Source: the human T2T-CHM13v2.0 reference genome, Homo sapiens. From it: DNA of 64,000 bases. Location: the NCBI RefSeq assembly GCF_009914755.1, contig NC_060926.1; one strand, 5' to 3'. The notes below the pieces were generated by a model. The model searched no databases. It was not told where the DNA came from and saw only the letters and a program-made list of their open reading frames with translations. The translations under genes and the position numbers were made by a program. Positions 37,300 through 51,329 of this stretch are shown here, one piece after another; the first letter of the stretch is position 1; each line of letters starts with the position of its first letter.

Positions 37300-39120
37300 T
37301 ATTTTAATCCATGTTACTTGAAATTGACATGCACATAGTTTAACAGAAATCAATCTGTGTTTGCATGCTTATGATGGCAAAATGAAGAGCCATTCTCCCT
37401 CCCCTAACTCTGGGTCTCAAGTCTTAGAGGCAATCCTTAAAAGTCTTTTAACTATTTCTCGTTGGATTTAGCTCTTTGTCTTTAAGTAACACACTTATAT
37501 TGATTTTTTTTTCTGACGAATATATTTACATATTATATATGACATTTCTCTACTGACAGGTGAGGATTTAGCATCTTGTTTCTGCCTCCACCACCACTAC
37601 CCACACACACTCTTTCCCTGATTCCTGGGGCCTGCACACTACTGCCTACAGGCTGAATCCAGCCACCTGCCTGTTTTTCTGTAGTTCCTTAGATCAGGAT
37701 GGATTTTACATTTTTAAAAAGTTGTGAACAGACACAAAAACAAAAATATGCTACAAAGCATGTATGTGGCCCACAAAACCTAAAATATTTACTGTCTTGC
37801 CTTTTACAGAATGTTTGCCATACCCTTATGTACCCTTCCAAAATAGTAGCATTTAAATTTTGGCAAAATTAGTAATAATTTTTTGCATTGTTATGATTAA
37901 GTAAATATTGTTTATTATGGGCATAAGTCCTGTGATAATATTCCCTGTTTTGTACAACTTTAAAAAAATCTGGCATTAATAATTGTACTCACCAGTCCAG
38001 GTGTTCATCAATTCTCAGTCTTTGCCAGGCTCTAGTCATTGTATCATATGTCTATTAACATTCCTTTTAAAATATCAAGACTATCATATAATGCACCTGC
38101 TTCTTTTTCATCTCAGAGACCTCTTTCCTGGGTCCCTCTGGCTTTCTGTTTCACCTTACCTTCTGTCTCCGGGCACAAATGCCATTCTGGTGCTTTGCTG
38201 GATCACCATTTCTTGAGTCCTATATCTTCTCCATCTTCTCTTCCCTTGGTATATACCTTTTTTTTTTTTCCAGGAGAACCTTCTCCAGTAACCTCCCAAG
38301 AAAGAAAATATAGAAAATGTGGGGGTTTTTTAAGGCCTTGATATCTACGGATGTCTTTATTCTATACTCACACCCTTGACATTTGGCTAGACGAAGAATT
38401 CTACTTTGAATTGGGATTTTTGTCTCAGAATGATGAAGGCAGGACTCCATTATCTTTTAGTATCCTTGTCTTTCATTCTCATTTAAGAGCAGGTCACTGG
38501 AAACCTCTGTGTCTGTGTGACCAAGCCGCTTGGTTGCTTGATTTCACTGTGTGGTGACAGCCGGAGGGAGGGTAAGACGAGTTGGCCATTTGTTAGGGCG
38601 TTCCCAGGTGCCCACATCTGGACGCCTCGTATCTGAGCTCTTTCGTTCTCATAGACAAGACTCCTGCATTTTCTGCCTTGAGGAGCGCATATCTGGCTTC
38701 CAGAGTTTTGGGGAAGAAGGCTGAATCCATTTCCCTTTAACCCTATTGTTTTCTGCACTGCCTTTCATCCCTCCCTCTCCTATATCTGGTGTCTGAGGCT
38801 ACAGGTCACCATTTCAGTTTCTCTAAAAAACTAAACTGTGGTCCCTTGCTTGGTTATTTAAGGTCTGGGAGGAGACTTGCAGGCTTAAATGTTTCCCATT
38901 TTCATATTAAACCAAACCAGTCGTTTTAGCTTCACGTTTCCTTCACCTCCACTCCACTCCCTTCCTCCTGCCTACTGTAGTCTGTGGTTCCTGGCAAGCC
39001 CAGGTGCAAAGCTCCCTGATGGTTCTTTGGGACTTTGTGGTTTGCTTCGCAAGCACCTAAGGTGCTACTTTCTCCTCTCTGCCACTCTTTCATTCTACTT
39101 TGGTCTTCAAAAAATCTGAT
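37300..39120 (-). mobile_element. HAL1 (half-L1)-like remnant
   Basis: ggccttgatatctacggatgtctttattctatactcacac...tttggctag...agaattcta...ctcagaatgatgaaggc...ctccattatctttt (38330-38460) fits the HAL1/L1-ORF1 minus-strand consensus; 3'-end-like and 5'-end-like sequence on either side. Confidence 0.6.
37625..37828 (+). mobile_element. MER58 (MER58C-like) hAT MITE nested in HAL1
   Basis: aatccagccacctgcctgttttt, ttttacatttttaaa, tatgtggcccacaaaacctaaaatatttact...ttttacagaatgtttgcc. Confidence 0.8.
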
Positions 39121-39269
39121 TTGCCTGCATCCTCAGTGACTCACTCTGTGAAAGGGGCAGGACAGAACTGAAAGATGGGACTGAAAAAAACGTTTTCCTA
39201 AGGAGGACTAAAGAGTGACTTGTAGGGTATAGTTTGTAGTAAGACACATTCAGAAACGATGGTGTCTCA

Positions 39270-39540
39270 GAATTCATTCAAAAACTGAGCTGTTATGTCC
39301 CAGGCTGTGTGCTAGGGGATGAATATGTATGACTTGGTCCCTGCACTCAGAGGCTGGGATGGGCGAGAGGGTAGATAGGTGAATCAACATGATGTAGCAC
39401 CCAGAGAAGATGCACTGAAGCAAAGAAGTGCAGGAGCTAAAAACTCCAGACGAGAGACATTTAGTTCAGAAGGTTGGAGAAAACTTCCTGGTAAAGGGTG
39501 GAGATAGCTGAGTAGGTTGAACTTTTCAGTTAGTTGAATG
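39270..39540 (-). mobile_element. L2 3' region
   Basis: attcattcaaaaactgagctgttatgtcccaggctgtgtgctagg...gacttggtccctgcactcagagg. Confidence 0.65.
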
Positions 39541-39744
39541 AAGTAGTTGTTCTTAAGTTTCCCGGAGTCTCATGTAGGGTGGTCAGTCTCATCTTTTCTT
39601 AATCATGGGACCTGACTTAGCGTATCCTCCAAGCCTGGACCCTGTCCTATGGACACAGTTCAGTCTATCAGTACATGCGGAACGGGATTCTATGTCCCAG
39701 TTGCAGTGTGCAAGGGTAACATAGAAACCAGCTCTTCCTGAGTC

Positions 39745-39981
39745 TTACTTCCCAAGTCTTACTACGTGCCAGGAATTGTGCTGCTTCTCATGCATTTATC
39801 TCATAAAATGTTCATTGTAATTTTATGAGCTGGCTAGGTCCTTTTATATTATTCCCTTCATAAATGAAGAAACCTAGAGTTAGAGAATTGAAATCTCTTG
39901 CCAAAATATCTGCTATATATGGTAGGACCAGAAATTGAAGCCTAGTTATTTTGAATTGTAAGATTATACTCTCAACCACTA
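39745..39981 (-). mobile_element. MIR, near full length
   Basis: ttactacgtgccaggaattgtgct...ttatctcat...taaatgaagaaacc...cttgccaaaa...ctctcaaccacta. Confidence 0.8.
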
Positions 39982-41084
39982 AGATATATCATGTCCCATT
40001 TTTTTAGGATTGCCCTTTTCTCTGGGAAGGGAGTGAAATGCTGGGCATACTGGGAGCGGTGGTGTGCTAGATGCAGGGATGCACTCTTAACTCAGAGTTC
40101 AAAACCAGCTCAGGCAGGCCCTGCTCTGGGCCAAGTCTATAAACTGGGAGGTGTCTGGGTTCATACAGGGTAAATGCTCATCCCCAGGTCTCAAGAAAAT
40201 GCCATCTAAACAAGCAAGGACTTCACTCTAAGCCCTCTCCCAGAGCACAGAGTATGAAAGGCATTGGAGAAATAAGGACTTTCTCCCTGCTGCCCACAGC
40301 TCTGAGTTGGTTAATGAAATTGATGGGTCAGGAGCCACTGGCCTCCAAGGTTTATTAGTCCAGTCTTTGAGCTGACCCAAGCTGCAGGCACTCCAGACCG
40401 AGGCCACAAACTGTGAGGCCAGGGCTCAGCCAGTCCCCCTGCTTCTGAATCACCTCACATGACAGGCAGACCCTGTGGCTTCAGAGAGAGTTATGAGCTC
40501 TGGCATCCTGTAGTGAAAGAAACAGGCGTCTTCCCTCAGTCAACTGCCCTTGACACACCAAAAACATAATTCATGATTCATGAGAACTGTTTCTTTCTTC
40601 GGACAGAACCCTTGGCTTTGCTTTGGGCCCAGGAGTAAATTGGCCACAATCAACTCTCCTGAAGAAGTGGTTTCCCCACCACATAATTCTTCTTTTTGAG
40701 GACAATGGCTTTGCTCAATGTGGTACAGGGGAAGTTTAACCAAAGGAAAAACTGAGCCCACACTGATAAAATATCACTGTTATCAAGGGACCGCCAGGCG
40801 TGAGAGTTGAAGCACCCTCGCCTTGCGGTGGCTTCAGAGGCACCCTTTGTATACCTTTCCAACGGCCCCCAAGCATGGATGTCCCCTCCCCCTAACACAC
40901 ACAAGCAGTATCAACAATGCTAGAGTTCAAGCAATTCAGCCTTTATAACTGAAACTTATCCTCCAATCCTTCTTATCCCCCACATGATTCATGATGTTGC
41001 CTTTACCACCTGGCAGTCACCTCTCTAGGGCAGCCTGTGTGGCATTGGAGACACCACATACGACCTGGAGGAGCTGCTAGTGTT

Positions 41085-41270
41085 GACTATTGAATGTCTG
41101 CTATGTGTTGAAGAACTCTAATAGATGCTTACATTTGTTATCTCATTTAATCCCCAAAAACTCCATCAGGAAAATAGTATTTTTTTTTAATGTTTACAAA
41201 CAGGTTCAAAGAGTCAAGCAAAGTTTTAAGATGACATATTTATAGTGTGGGGCTTCAACTAGGGCTATCT
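41085..41270 (-). mobile_element. MIR fragment
   Basis: tattgaatgtctgctatgtg...gcttacatttgttatctcatttaatcccca. Confidence 0.7.
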
Positions 41271-42056
41271 GAAGCAAAGGAGCACATGTAGGCTGCCACC
41301 TAAATGTCTCTACCTGTGTTAACCTGAGAACCAGGTCTAAGAAAAAAGGAAAACGAAACCTAGGTATGTTTTTGTACGGAATTTGGACAAACCTGCTGTT
41401 TCCACGAAATCCCAAAGTGCAATGGTTTTCTGACTCAGAAGCAGAAATACCTATGTGTGGACCCCAAGTGGGGAGCGTTGCCCAGTCTGGCCAAGACCTT
41501 CACTTGCAGGGAGACACTTTAAGTGTGGTGATGGAATGATGGGGGCTAGGAAGTCGACCTTTCATCCCAAAGAAAGGAGAAAAGTGACTCGGGGCTGGCT
41601 CTCCAGACCCTCTTCCTGCCCAACCAATCAAGGTGGGTACCAGCGAGGCCCTATCATACCACAATGTCATGCCCTCACCACAGAGCAAGGCTCTCCTGGT
41701 CCTCTAGACTAAAACAGTCCCTCACTCTGAGAACAACAGGCCCAGGAGACGGTCTTGCTCACCTTCTCACTATTGCTTCAGTCTCCTCTATCTTAACCAC
41801 TTCATGTTTTTAAAAAATATAAATATGATTTATCCCTTTAAGCACAATCTATTGCATTCGATTCTATTAGACGAATCCATTAGATAAGTATTCAGCTGGA
41901 TTTAGTAGATACACACTAAGATTGTGCAAAATGAGCTTTAGGGATATGGGGAAAGATCAGAACGTCTTTTTTTTTCCCTAAGTTTTTATTTGATATATGG
42001 CTTATAACACATGCAATACATTTACAACAGATTATATATATATATATATATATATT

Positions 42057-42364
<308 letters not shown>

Positions 42365-42899
42365 TATATATATATATTTGGGCCAGGCCCCGGGAAAGAG
42401 GGGAAGGGGTGCAGAAGGAAAAGTGCGTTATTAGATAGTAGTAGGATTTAGATAAACATTAATTGTTTAGACACTTAAACTGTCAGTAGACATTATTTTT
42501 AATTATTTTATTATTGTTATCAGTAGGATTATTTAGACAAATTTATTTGACTTTTCAGAGTTCCATCTTTCCTTTCATTTTTTACAAAATTTTGGAATAG
42601 CTCAGCAGTTGCATTTAGAACGTTATTTCTAGGTGTAGGATCATCCCTTAAAGTGGAAGGGGAAGGCTCAACTCTGTTAGAAGCTTCCCACACTCCCTGA
42701 CACAGCCTCTCCATAAGGCAGTAACTTAGAGTCTGAGGAGGAAGTGGCAGGTGAGGTAAGGCTGAAGCTTCACACTCCAGACAAGTGCAGACCTCGTTCC
42801 CTGGTGGTAGCAGGGGATGGCATTTCCTTCCACATCCCCTGCTTCTGTCGGGGCCAAGCCTGCAGTGTACTCCACCTTTCCTCTCTTCCTTCCTTCAGA

Positions 42900-43655
42900 G
42901 AATCGAACTCCTAGTCAGAGTTATCCTGGAGTTCTCTTGCTTCCTCATCACCATTTGACACACCTCTTTCTAGTTCACCAAATTGTTCTCTGGAGTGCAC
43001 CCCCTAAATATTCTACCTGTTGCCTCCTCTCTGCTTCAACTTCTGTGGCTTTTCATTCTTCATCATTTAGTGCCCAGATTACCCTGACAGCTTCCTAAAA
43101 CCTTCCTCCCTGCTTCCAGACTGACATCTTCTCCCAATCTCCATTCTGCAGTTACTTTTTTTTTAAAGCAAGAATGTGATCCAATCACTGCTGTTGTTGA
43201 AATATCCTTCATTGACTCACCACTTCCTAGCCTGTTAAACCAGGCCTTGCATAGTCTGGCCCCAAGCTTAAGCTCCCACCACTCCCTGACATGCCACTAA
43301 CATTCCAATTGTACGCCATGCCATTGCCCTGTTTGTTTCTAGACCTTTGCTCGAATGTGCCAGATACCCTTCCCTTTCCTTCTCGAATACAAAATCCTTC
43401 CTGTCCTTCAAAACCTTGCTCCATGTCACTCACATGACTCAGTTCCTAGACCACAGGAAGAACTGATCACATTCTTTTCTGTGTGCCTACTGCACCATAG
43501 CTCTTATGACTCTGTCATCACTGTATGTTAACATAGCTATCTATCCTATTGGACTAAGAGCTCCTTGAGGGTCAGGGATTATGTCCTATCATTGCACTCT
43601 CCACTCCAGCAGCTCCACACAGTTCTGAGTACTACGGTAGCTCAGACAAATGCCT
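42900..43655 (+). mobile_element. L2 3' region
   Basis: aaatccttcctgtccttcaaaacc, gactaagagctccttgagggtcagggattatgtc, ggtagctcagacaaatg. Confidence 0.75.
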
Positions 43656-44751
43656 TCCTTCGCTGTAGATCGTCACTGGCTCAATTCCTCATAAACCATG
43701 GCATTTCTCCCACTGAGAAGTTTCAGGGCACTCCTGAAATGACCATTATTGGATTTAAACAGGACTGCCTCACCACCAACGCAGTTCTGCTAAGGGTTAA
43801 GAAATGCACATTGTTTTAGAATCTGGAAAACAGCCTTCCTAGCTGAAGCATCTGGGTTCTGGTCAAAGTAGCACTCCAGGGAACCACTACCATTCATTCA
43901 CAATTGGGCTGCAAGATAAAAATGTTTTCCACCCTTAGCCTCAACACTCTCTCAGTGATTCAGAGAGCTCCAGACATATGTTGAAATGGCAAACACTGTC
44001 AGAAATAATTGGTAAATATGGGAAAGGGAGGTGGCACTTAGCAATATTGAGATGCATTTAGGAGATTAACATATTTTGTGGGTCCAAGAACAAAGATATT
44101 TGAAGTGAAATTCACACAGGGAGAAGCAATTGCGGAGGGACTGTCTGCATCTTAGGTACATTCTGTCATCACCAAGATGGGGTGTAAAAGTTTATTCCCC
44201 ACCCCACACCAGAAAGCTGTCCCTTTCTCTCTTCTCTTTGAGTTCTCTTGTATACTCTTCCTCTCTTCCCCTTAATCAGTTACTCATCTCCAGGGGCGTG
44301 CAAGTTCCTCTGCATCTTTTTCAGAGATTGTGTGAATAAAGAGTGTTGTGGACCTCTAGGTAATGAAAGACAGATGGACCTGTAGGAGGAAGAAGTTAAG
44401 AGCATGAAAGGGGAGCCCCCATAGCTGGCAAATTCTTGTGCTCAGGCTCAACTGTAAGTCTTTCAGCAACTCTACCAGCAAAACAAGAGATCGGCCAGTG
44501 CTCCAAAAAGTCAGTCTTAGCTGCTTCAGAAGACAGATCTTTCTAGCTCTAGCTAGAATTAGGTGGGTAGGAGAACCCTGAAGTCTTCTCTCTAACTATA
44601 GCTTAGTGGCCTCATCTGTGGAGAATTGAATGGAGAGATGACATTTTCTTCTGAAGATAAAAGCTGCCTGCAGCTGGTAAGGCTCAAGGCTGAGCAGTGT
44701 TATCTGGTTGGCTTTACTGAAAGCAAGCACAGGTTCTCATATTGGGTTTAA

Positions 44752-44905
44752 GACCTCTGCATATGGTTATGCAGGTAGTGCTCTGCTCAAATTTAGAAGA
44801 TGTCACTTGTATAAACTCTACCAGGTGATATTCAGATACACCCTAATTAAATGGAGCCCCCTAGGGTTGAACAGTGCATAAGCTATGCAGTGATGAGTGG
44901 CAGCT
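44752..44905. mobile_element. MER91 (hAT-Tip100) palindromic MITE
   Basis: atatggttatgcaggtagtgctctgctcaa ... aatggagccccctagggttgaacagtgcataagctatgca mirrors the MER91 arms. Confidence 0.65.
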
Positions 44906-45244
44906 CTGCCTAGGGAGAGCTTCAGATCTACTGGAGTAATACTGTACTTCCTGTAACATAACTCCATGGTTCAGTTGGATAGGTTGCTTTCTGATTGGAA
45001 AGGACATATATAAATGGCGGTGATCTTCTCTTCTGGAATAAAAATCAGGACCCATGGTTGGCAAAAGACTCTTTGATTTATGATGTCACTCTTAGTGTGT
45101 ACTCTTAAAGAGTACAACAATACATTATTTTTAGTTAATTAATTAATTTTTATCAAAAAGAATAAAATTAACAGCATATTGGAGTGATCTTGGAAAGCTT
45201 GGGGCATTCAAAAGTTATACAGATAATGCAATAAAAAGACATCA

Positions 45245-45653
45245 TATTCCACTAACTCAGTCTGCCATAACAAAGTACCACAGACTGGGTGGTTAAACAA
45301 TGAAAATTAATTTTCTCATAGTTCTGGTGCTGAAAAATCCAAGATCAAAGTGCCAGCCAGTTCGTTTCCTAGTGAAGGCTCTCTTTCAGGCTTGCAGGCA
45401 TCCACCTTTTCTTTGTGTCCTCACATGGTGAAGAGTGCAAGAGAGAGAGATAGTGAGCCTATCTTGTATCTTCCTCCTCTTATAAGGGCACCAGCCCTAT
45501 CAGACTAATGCATCTTCTGACTTTAGGTTCTTGTGACCTCATCTAACGTTTACCACCTCATCACAAGCCCTATCTCCAAATATAGTCACATTAAGTGTTA
45601 GCACTTCAACATACAAATTTGGGGGTGGGAACACAAACATCTATTTCATAATA
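45245..45653 (-). mobile_element. MLT1A/MLT1A0 solo LTR
   Basis: ctgccataacaaagtaccacagactgggtgg, tccaagatcaaagtgccagc, gtgtcctcacatggtgaag, cttataagggcacc, cttcaacatacaaatttggggg. Confidence 0.88.
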
Positions 45654-45696
45654 GATATTAAATATTATTAACTTGCCTCATAAACCCTAGCCCAAT

Positions 45697-47022
45697 GTAA
45701 AGCCATCCCCTAAAATGGCTCCCCTAATCTCTACTTTCTGATGTCCATGACCTTGTATAACATCAAACACTGAATAAGACTGAGTTCTGAAACCTGTGCC
45801 TTCCTCCTTGCTCTTTTAAATCACCTGCTCTAGGGGAAGCTAGCTGCTATCTGGCAAGGTCAACAGAGAAGCTCTATCAATAGGTCCACATGGTAAGAAA
45901 CTGATTTATTAGTGACCTGCAAAGTTTTGACTCAAGTTGTATTGGGCAGAAACACTGCCAAGCTTACATAGAAAGGAGAAAGTATAAAGTGGAAAGGGGT
46001 CTTTGGACACCTAAACTTCTGAAGACGGGAAACAGACCACAAAGAGTAATCAGCTACAAAAATATGCTGCCTTCGTGGAAAAGGAAGAATGACTAAAACA
46101 GTAGAATCAAGAGATCAGAAGATGGAGTCAAGAGCCATGGAGAATAATTCTTGGGTAGGAATGGAGTGGATTCTTAATGAACTTTCATCGAGAGCCTGGC
46201 TGGATTTCAGAATTGCCCTTAATCAGTGACTCCTATATGCCTCCATTTCCCCCTTTATTGAGGACATGTGTCTAAAGTAGTCATCCTACTCTTGCCCAAC
46301 TATTGTTTGTTTGTTGGGTGTGTGGAGGGAGATAACTGGTGTCTTCAGTTTTAGATAAACTGATTTGGAGAGGTTGTATTCAAGGAACCAGGCCTAAGGA
46401 GACTTGTCTGCATCTGATTTAGATAATGAGCTCTTGGATGTATAACTGATGCTATAACGGGATGAGGTTTTGGGGGCCTGCGCAGAGAGTGAGCAGTTTT
46501 GCATGTGCAACATGAATCATAGGGTAGGCAGCCTCCCAGAAGGCTCTGGTGATTCTTGCATCTGAGGTCCATGCCCTTGTATGGCCCCTTCCCACTTGGA
46601 ATAAAACTGACCTGTGTCACTGACACAATACATTCATAAAAATAATGGTTTGTGACTTTGAGGCTGGGTTGTAAATGACACTGCAATTTCCACCTGGTTC
46701 TGTTTTGGATCCTTGCTCTGGTGGAAGCCAGAGCTTCCATGCTGTGGGGACATTCAGCCATTGGGAGAAGTCTTTTGGTGATGAACTGAGGCTTCTTGCC
46801 TGCAACTAGTAATAACTTGGCATCTGGTGAGAGACTACCTTGTAAGTGGATCCTCCAGCCTTCATCAAGCCACCTCCTGAGAGACCCTAACCTATAGCCA
46901 TGCAGCTAAGCTGCTTCCAAATTTTTGACCCACAAAAATTATGAGAAATAATAATTATTTACTATTGTTCTAGGCTGCTACACTTTACAATAACTTTTAT
47001 ATAACAATAGATGACTATTATA
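45697..47022 (+). mobile_element. Deleted MLT1F-type MaLR provirus (partial 5' LTR, internal region, 3' LTR ~46523-47022)
   Basis: Two LTR-like copies (gtccatgaccttgtat / gtccatgcccttgtat; gctctaggggaagc / gctctggtggaagcc) around MLT-int motifs (ctggatttcagaattgc, ttttgcatgtg). Confidence 0.75.
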
Positions 47023-47099
47023 TACATGATGTGCTTCTTGATCAAAAAATTGATAAATTAAGAAGCAATAAGCAAAATAAAATAAAAAGGCAGTCATAT

Positions 47100-47265
47100 C
47101 TCAAGGAGCCCTGGACTAAGGTCAGAAGACCCAGGATCACTCCCTAGTATCATTAAACACTGCACCACCTTGGCCAGGGGACTTGTTCCCTGACCGCAGG
47201 CCTTAGGTTTCTGATTTGTGAAAAGGTGCTTGACTCAAATGACCTGTAAAAGACATTACAGCTCA
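47100..47265 (+). mobile_element. MIR3-like SINE
   Basis: gagccctggactaaggtcagaagacccagg...ccttggcc...ggccttaggtttctgatttgtgaaa...gactcaaatgacc. Confidence 0.6.
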
Positions 47266-47683
47266 GGCACATAGAGAAATTCTCTAGTTTCTTCAATCAG
47301 GCAGCTTCAAGGCCCAGAGTATACAGTAGCTGCTGGGTTCAGTTAAAGCCTACATAGCCAGACTGGTGCTTTGTGGTGAGGGTGATAAACTGCATACAGA
47401 CAGTTATTCAATAATACTACCTGTTTATCACCAGAAAAAAATGTCACCAGAATTTTCATGCAAAGTGAAAGAGAGCTCTTGGTACCAAAGCTTTTGACAG
47501 TTGCAACAAGCGGAGACGTTTTCGAGGTAGTGTGGGATGGTGGAAGGACCTCTGGAGTTTAGAATCTTGCTCTGGCTCTAACTGTTGGTGTCACCTTAGG
47601 CAAGAGACTTCATCATCTCTCAGCCTCAGTTTCCTTATCTATACAGTGGAGATAATGATAATTATGAGGACTTGTAGGGTTGT

Positions 47684-48362
<679 letters not shown>

Positions 48363-49036
48363 GTTGTTGCAAGCATTAAAGAGCAGATATCTATGAACAA
48401 AAGTGCTTTCGTTTGTTGTTGTTTTGGAAGGGTTGCTTTGGGGCAAGTATGAGATTTAGTAGAGAGCTGCTTATGTTGAATTTTTGCCAAGGTGACATTT
48501 AATATATTAAGACTCAACTGACACTTTAAATTTAAAATTTGGAGGGACACAAGGCATATCAACCCCTTCAAAAAGACAGTATTAATAATATGTTTTTTCC
48601 TCAAATTGTGACATGATGTCACAGAGTCAACAGCACAAACCTCAATTTCTATTTTAATTTCTGTTAGAAATGAAACAAACAGACATGCTTGTGCTAGGAA
48701 AAGTGATCCAAATGTTTCTTGATACTGTTCCCAGTCTTTCCCTCAAAGAATAGACATTCTAATAAACAAATAAGTCACTGATTATATAGACTTTAGGGCC
48801 CAGTTTCCGTCTTCATCCATCTTCATGCCTCCCTGGCCTTCACTGATGATACCTCCCGAGCCTGCAAGACCCTCTTCTTCAGCTTTCAAGGTTAAGCTCA
48901 AAGCACACTTCCTCCTTCCAGCCCTCCTTGATGTTTATAGGCAGAATTAGCAGTTACCAGCCATTCCACTGCCCCCTTTCCTAATGTTATAATCATCCTG
49001 GTCGAATAACTGACCCTAACTTTCCCTTTACACTAA

Positions 49037-49416
<380 letters not shown>

Positions 49417-49449
49417 CTATTGGTAGCTTTTAAGTGATGTTTATATTGA

Positions 49450-49545
49450 AGAAGGAAGGAAGGGAGGGGGACAGAAGGGAAGGAGGGAAAGAAGGAAAAT
49501 GGCAGAAAAGGGAAGAGAAAAGGGGGGAAGACACAAAGGAGAAAG
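49450..49545. repeat. GA-rich low-complexity tract
   Basis: gaaggaaggaagggagggg...gaaaagggaagagaaaaggggg. Confidence 0.7.
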
Positions 49546-49599
49546 AATTACTGCTTTTCTATTGCTTATGGGCACCTTTCTGGTTAATTTTAGTTGAGG

Positions 49600-49700
49600 T
49601 TAATCATCAAATTATTATTATTGTCTTCATTTTATGGAGGAGGAAATTGACGCTTAGAAGTTGCCAAAGATTATGTAGCCTGTAAGTGATGGATTGAAAG
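49600..49700 (-). mobile_element. MIR fragment
   Basis: cattttatggaggaggaaattgacgcttagaag. Confidence 0.6.
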
Positions 49701-50216
49701 GAAATGCCATGGTGGGAAAGAGAAAAAAAAAAACAAAAACAAAAAACCCCAGAAGCCTTCAATAGAGGGTGATGAGGAGAGAAGCTGGCGGAAGAGTCGG
49801 GCTATTTTGGGGGGACTGTAAAAATTGATGATGTTGGTGTGCATACCAAAATCCCAACAAACAATGTAATTAAAAGAGAGTTGTTGCATTGGCATTTTTG
49901 TGAAGGGTCGGGGAAGAAGTAGGTGAGAGGAGTAGGAATCATTTTTATTCAGTATTTTTGGAGCATCAGAGCTAATTGATAACAAGGCCCCAATATCGAA
50001 TGTGACTGCAGGGGGAGTGAGACCACAAGCCAGACCTGCACCCACTTCGAAGCTGAGCAGTAACTGATCTTGCCCCCTTGGGTCTAAAGAAAGCTGCCAG
50101 CAGGCTGAGCAGAGGAAGCAGGTTTGCTTTCAATAGTCTCTCCAAGCCAGGATTGGACCAAGTGAAGGGGGTTCTTCTGATCTAGCTGTGACTCATGCTC
50201 CTTCCCAGGTTACCCA

Positions 50217-50549
50217 TTTTTTTTATTATTATACCCTAAGTTCTAGGGTACATGTGCACAACGTGCAGGTTTATTACATATGTATACCTGTGCCATGTTG
50301 GTGTGCTGCACCCATTAACTCATCACTTACATTAGGTATTTCTCCTAATGCTATCCCTCCCCACTCCCCCAACCCCACGACAGGCCCCAGTGTGTGATGT
50401 TCCCCTTCCTGCGTCCAGGTGTTCTCATTGTTCAATTCCCACCTATGAGTGAGAACATGCGGTGTTTGGTTTTTTGTCCTTGCGATAGTTTGCTGAGAAT
50501 GATGGTTTCCAGCTTCATCCATGTCCCTACAAAGGACATGAACTCATCC
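50217..50549 (-). mobile_element. 5'-truncated L1PA (L1PA5-like), ~330 bp
   Basis: aagttctagggtacatgtgcacaacgtgcagg...cacgacaggcccc...catccatgtccctacaaaggacatgaactcatcc (ORF2 end plus 3' UTR). Confidence 0.96.
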
Positions 50550-51329
50550 CCCTTTTTTTTCTACTCTGCCTGTCTGAATTACTGCTTTTTCTTTTTTCAG
50601 TCTGAACAACCTCTGTGTGCTCTTCTCCTCTCATAGCTTCAGTTACAAGACAGAAGCTGATAATTTCTCCATCTTAGCTTCAACCCAGATTTCTCCCCTG
50701 AGCTCCAGACCCACACTTAGAACCAACTGGACAGCTCCGGCTGACTGTGTCATACGTGTGCCTCAGTCTCTCCAAGTCCCCTTATCGGGGATGAATTGAA
50801 ATTTTGTTCTCTGCTCACCCGTGAACAATTGGTTCTAAACTTGGAGGTTGACTGATGAAACAGACACGTTTCATATTGACCCTTAAAAACCTTAATACTC
50901 CTCATTTAAAGATGGGGAAAATGAGTCCCAAGGCTTATGGAAACCGAACCCAGGGGGTAAAAGTCTCCTCCAAAGTCACTCACATTAGGAACAGAGTTGA
51001 GATATAAGCCCACATTTTTCTGAAGACTCTACCTATGATTTTTAAATATAGGCTTCTTGGAGAGGGTGGACTTAAGTTGGAATAATTCAATTAACCTTGT
51101 TAGCATTTAATGTAAAGCCATTTATTGGGAACTTTGAAATTATTGGGGATGAAAGGCAAATTTAACTATTATTACCACTGTCTCTTGGTTTTGGATAATA
51201 ACAGTTGCTGCCTCCAACCACCAGCTTCAGCCAAGCAGCCTCCAGAATTTTGTGTTTCAGATGTGTAAAAATAGGCCTCAGTAACAACAACAGTAACAAC
51301 AACATAGCCATCATCAACAACACCAAGAA

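Noticed and set aside
50274-50522. 82-aa ORF and C-rich G4-forming tract
   Set aside because: Part of the truncated L1PA ORF2 end and 3' UTR; known L1 features, not independent.
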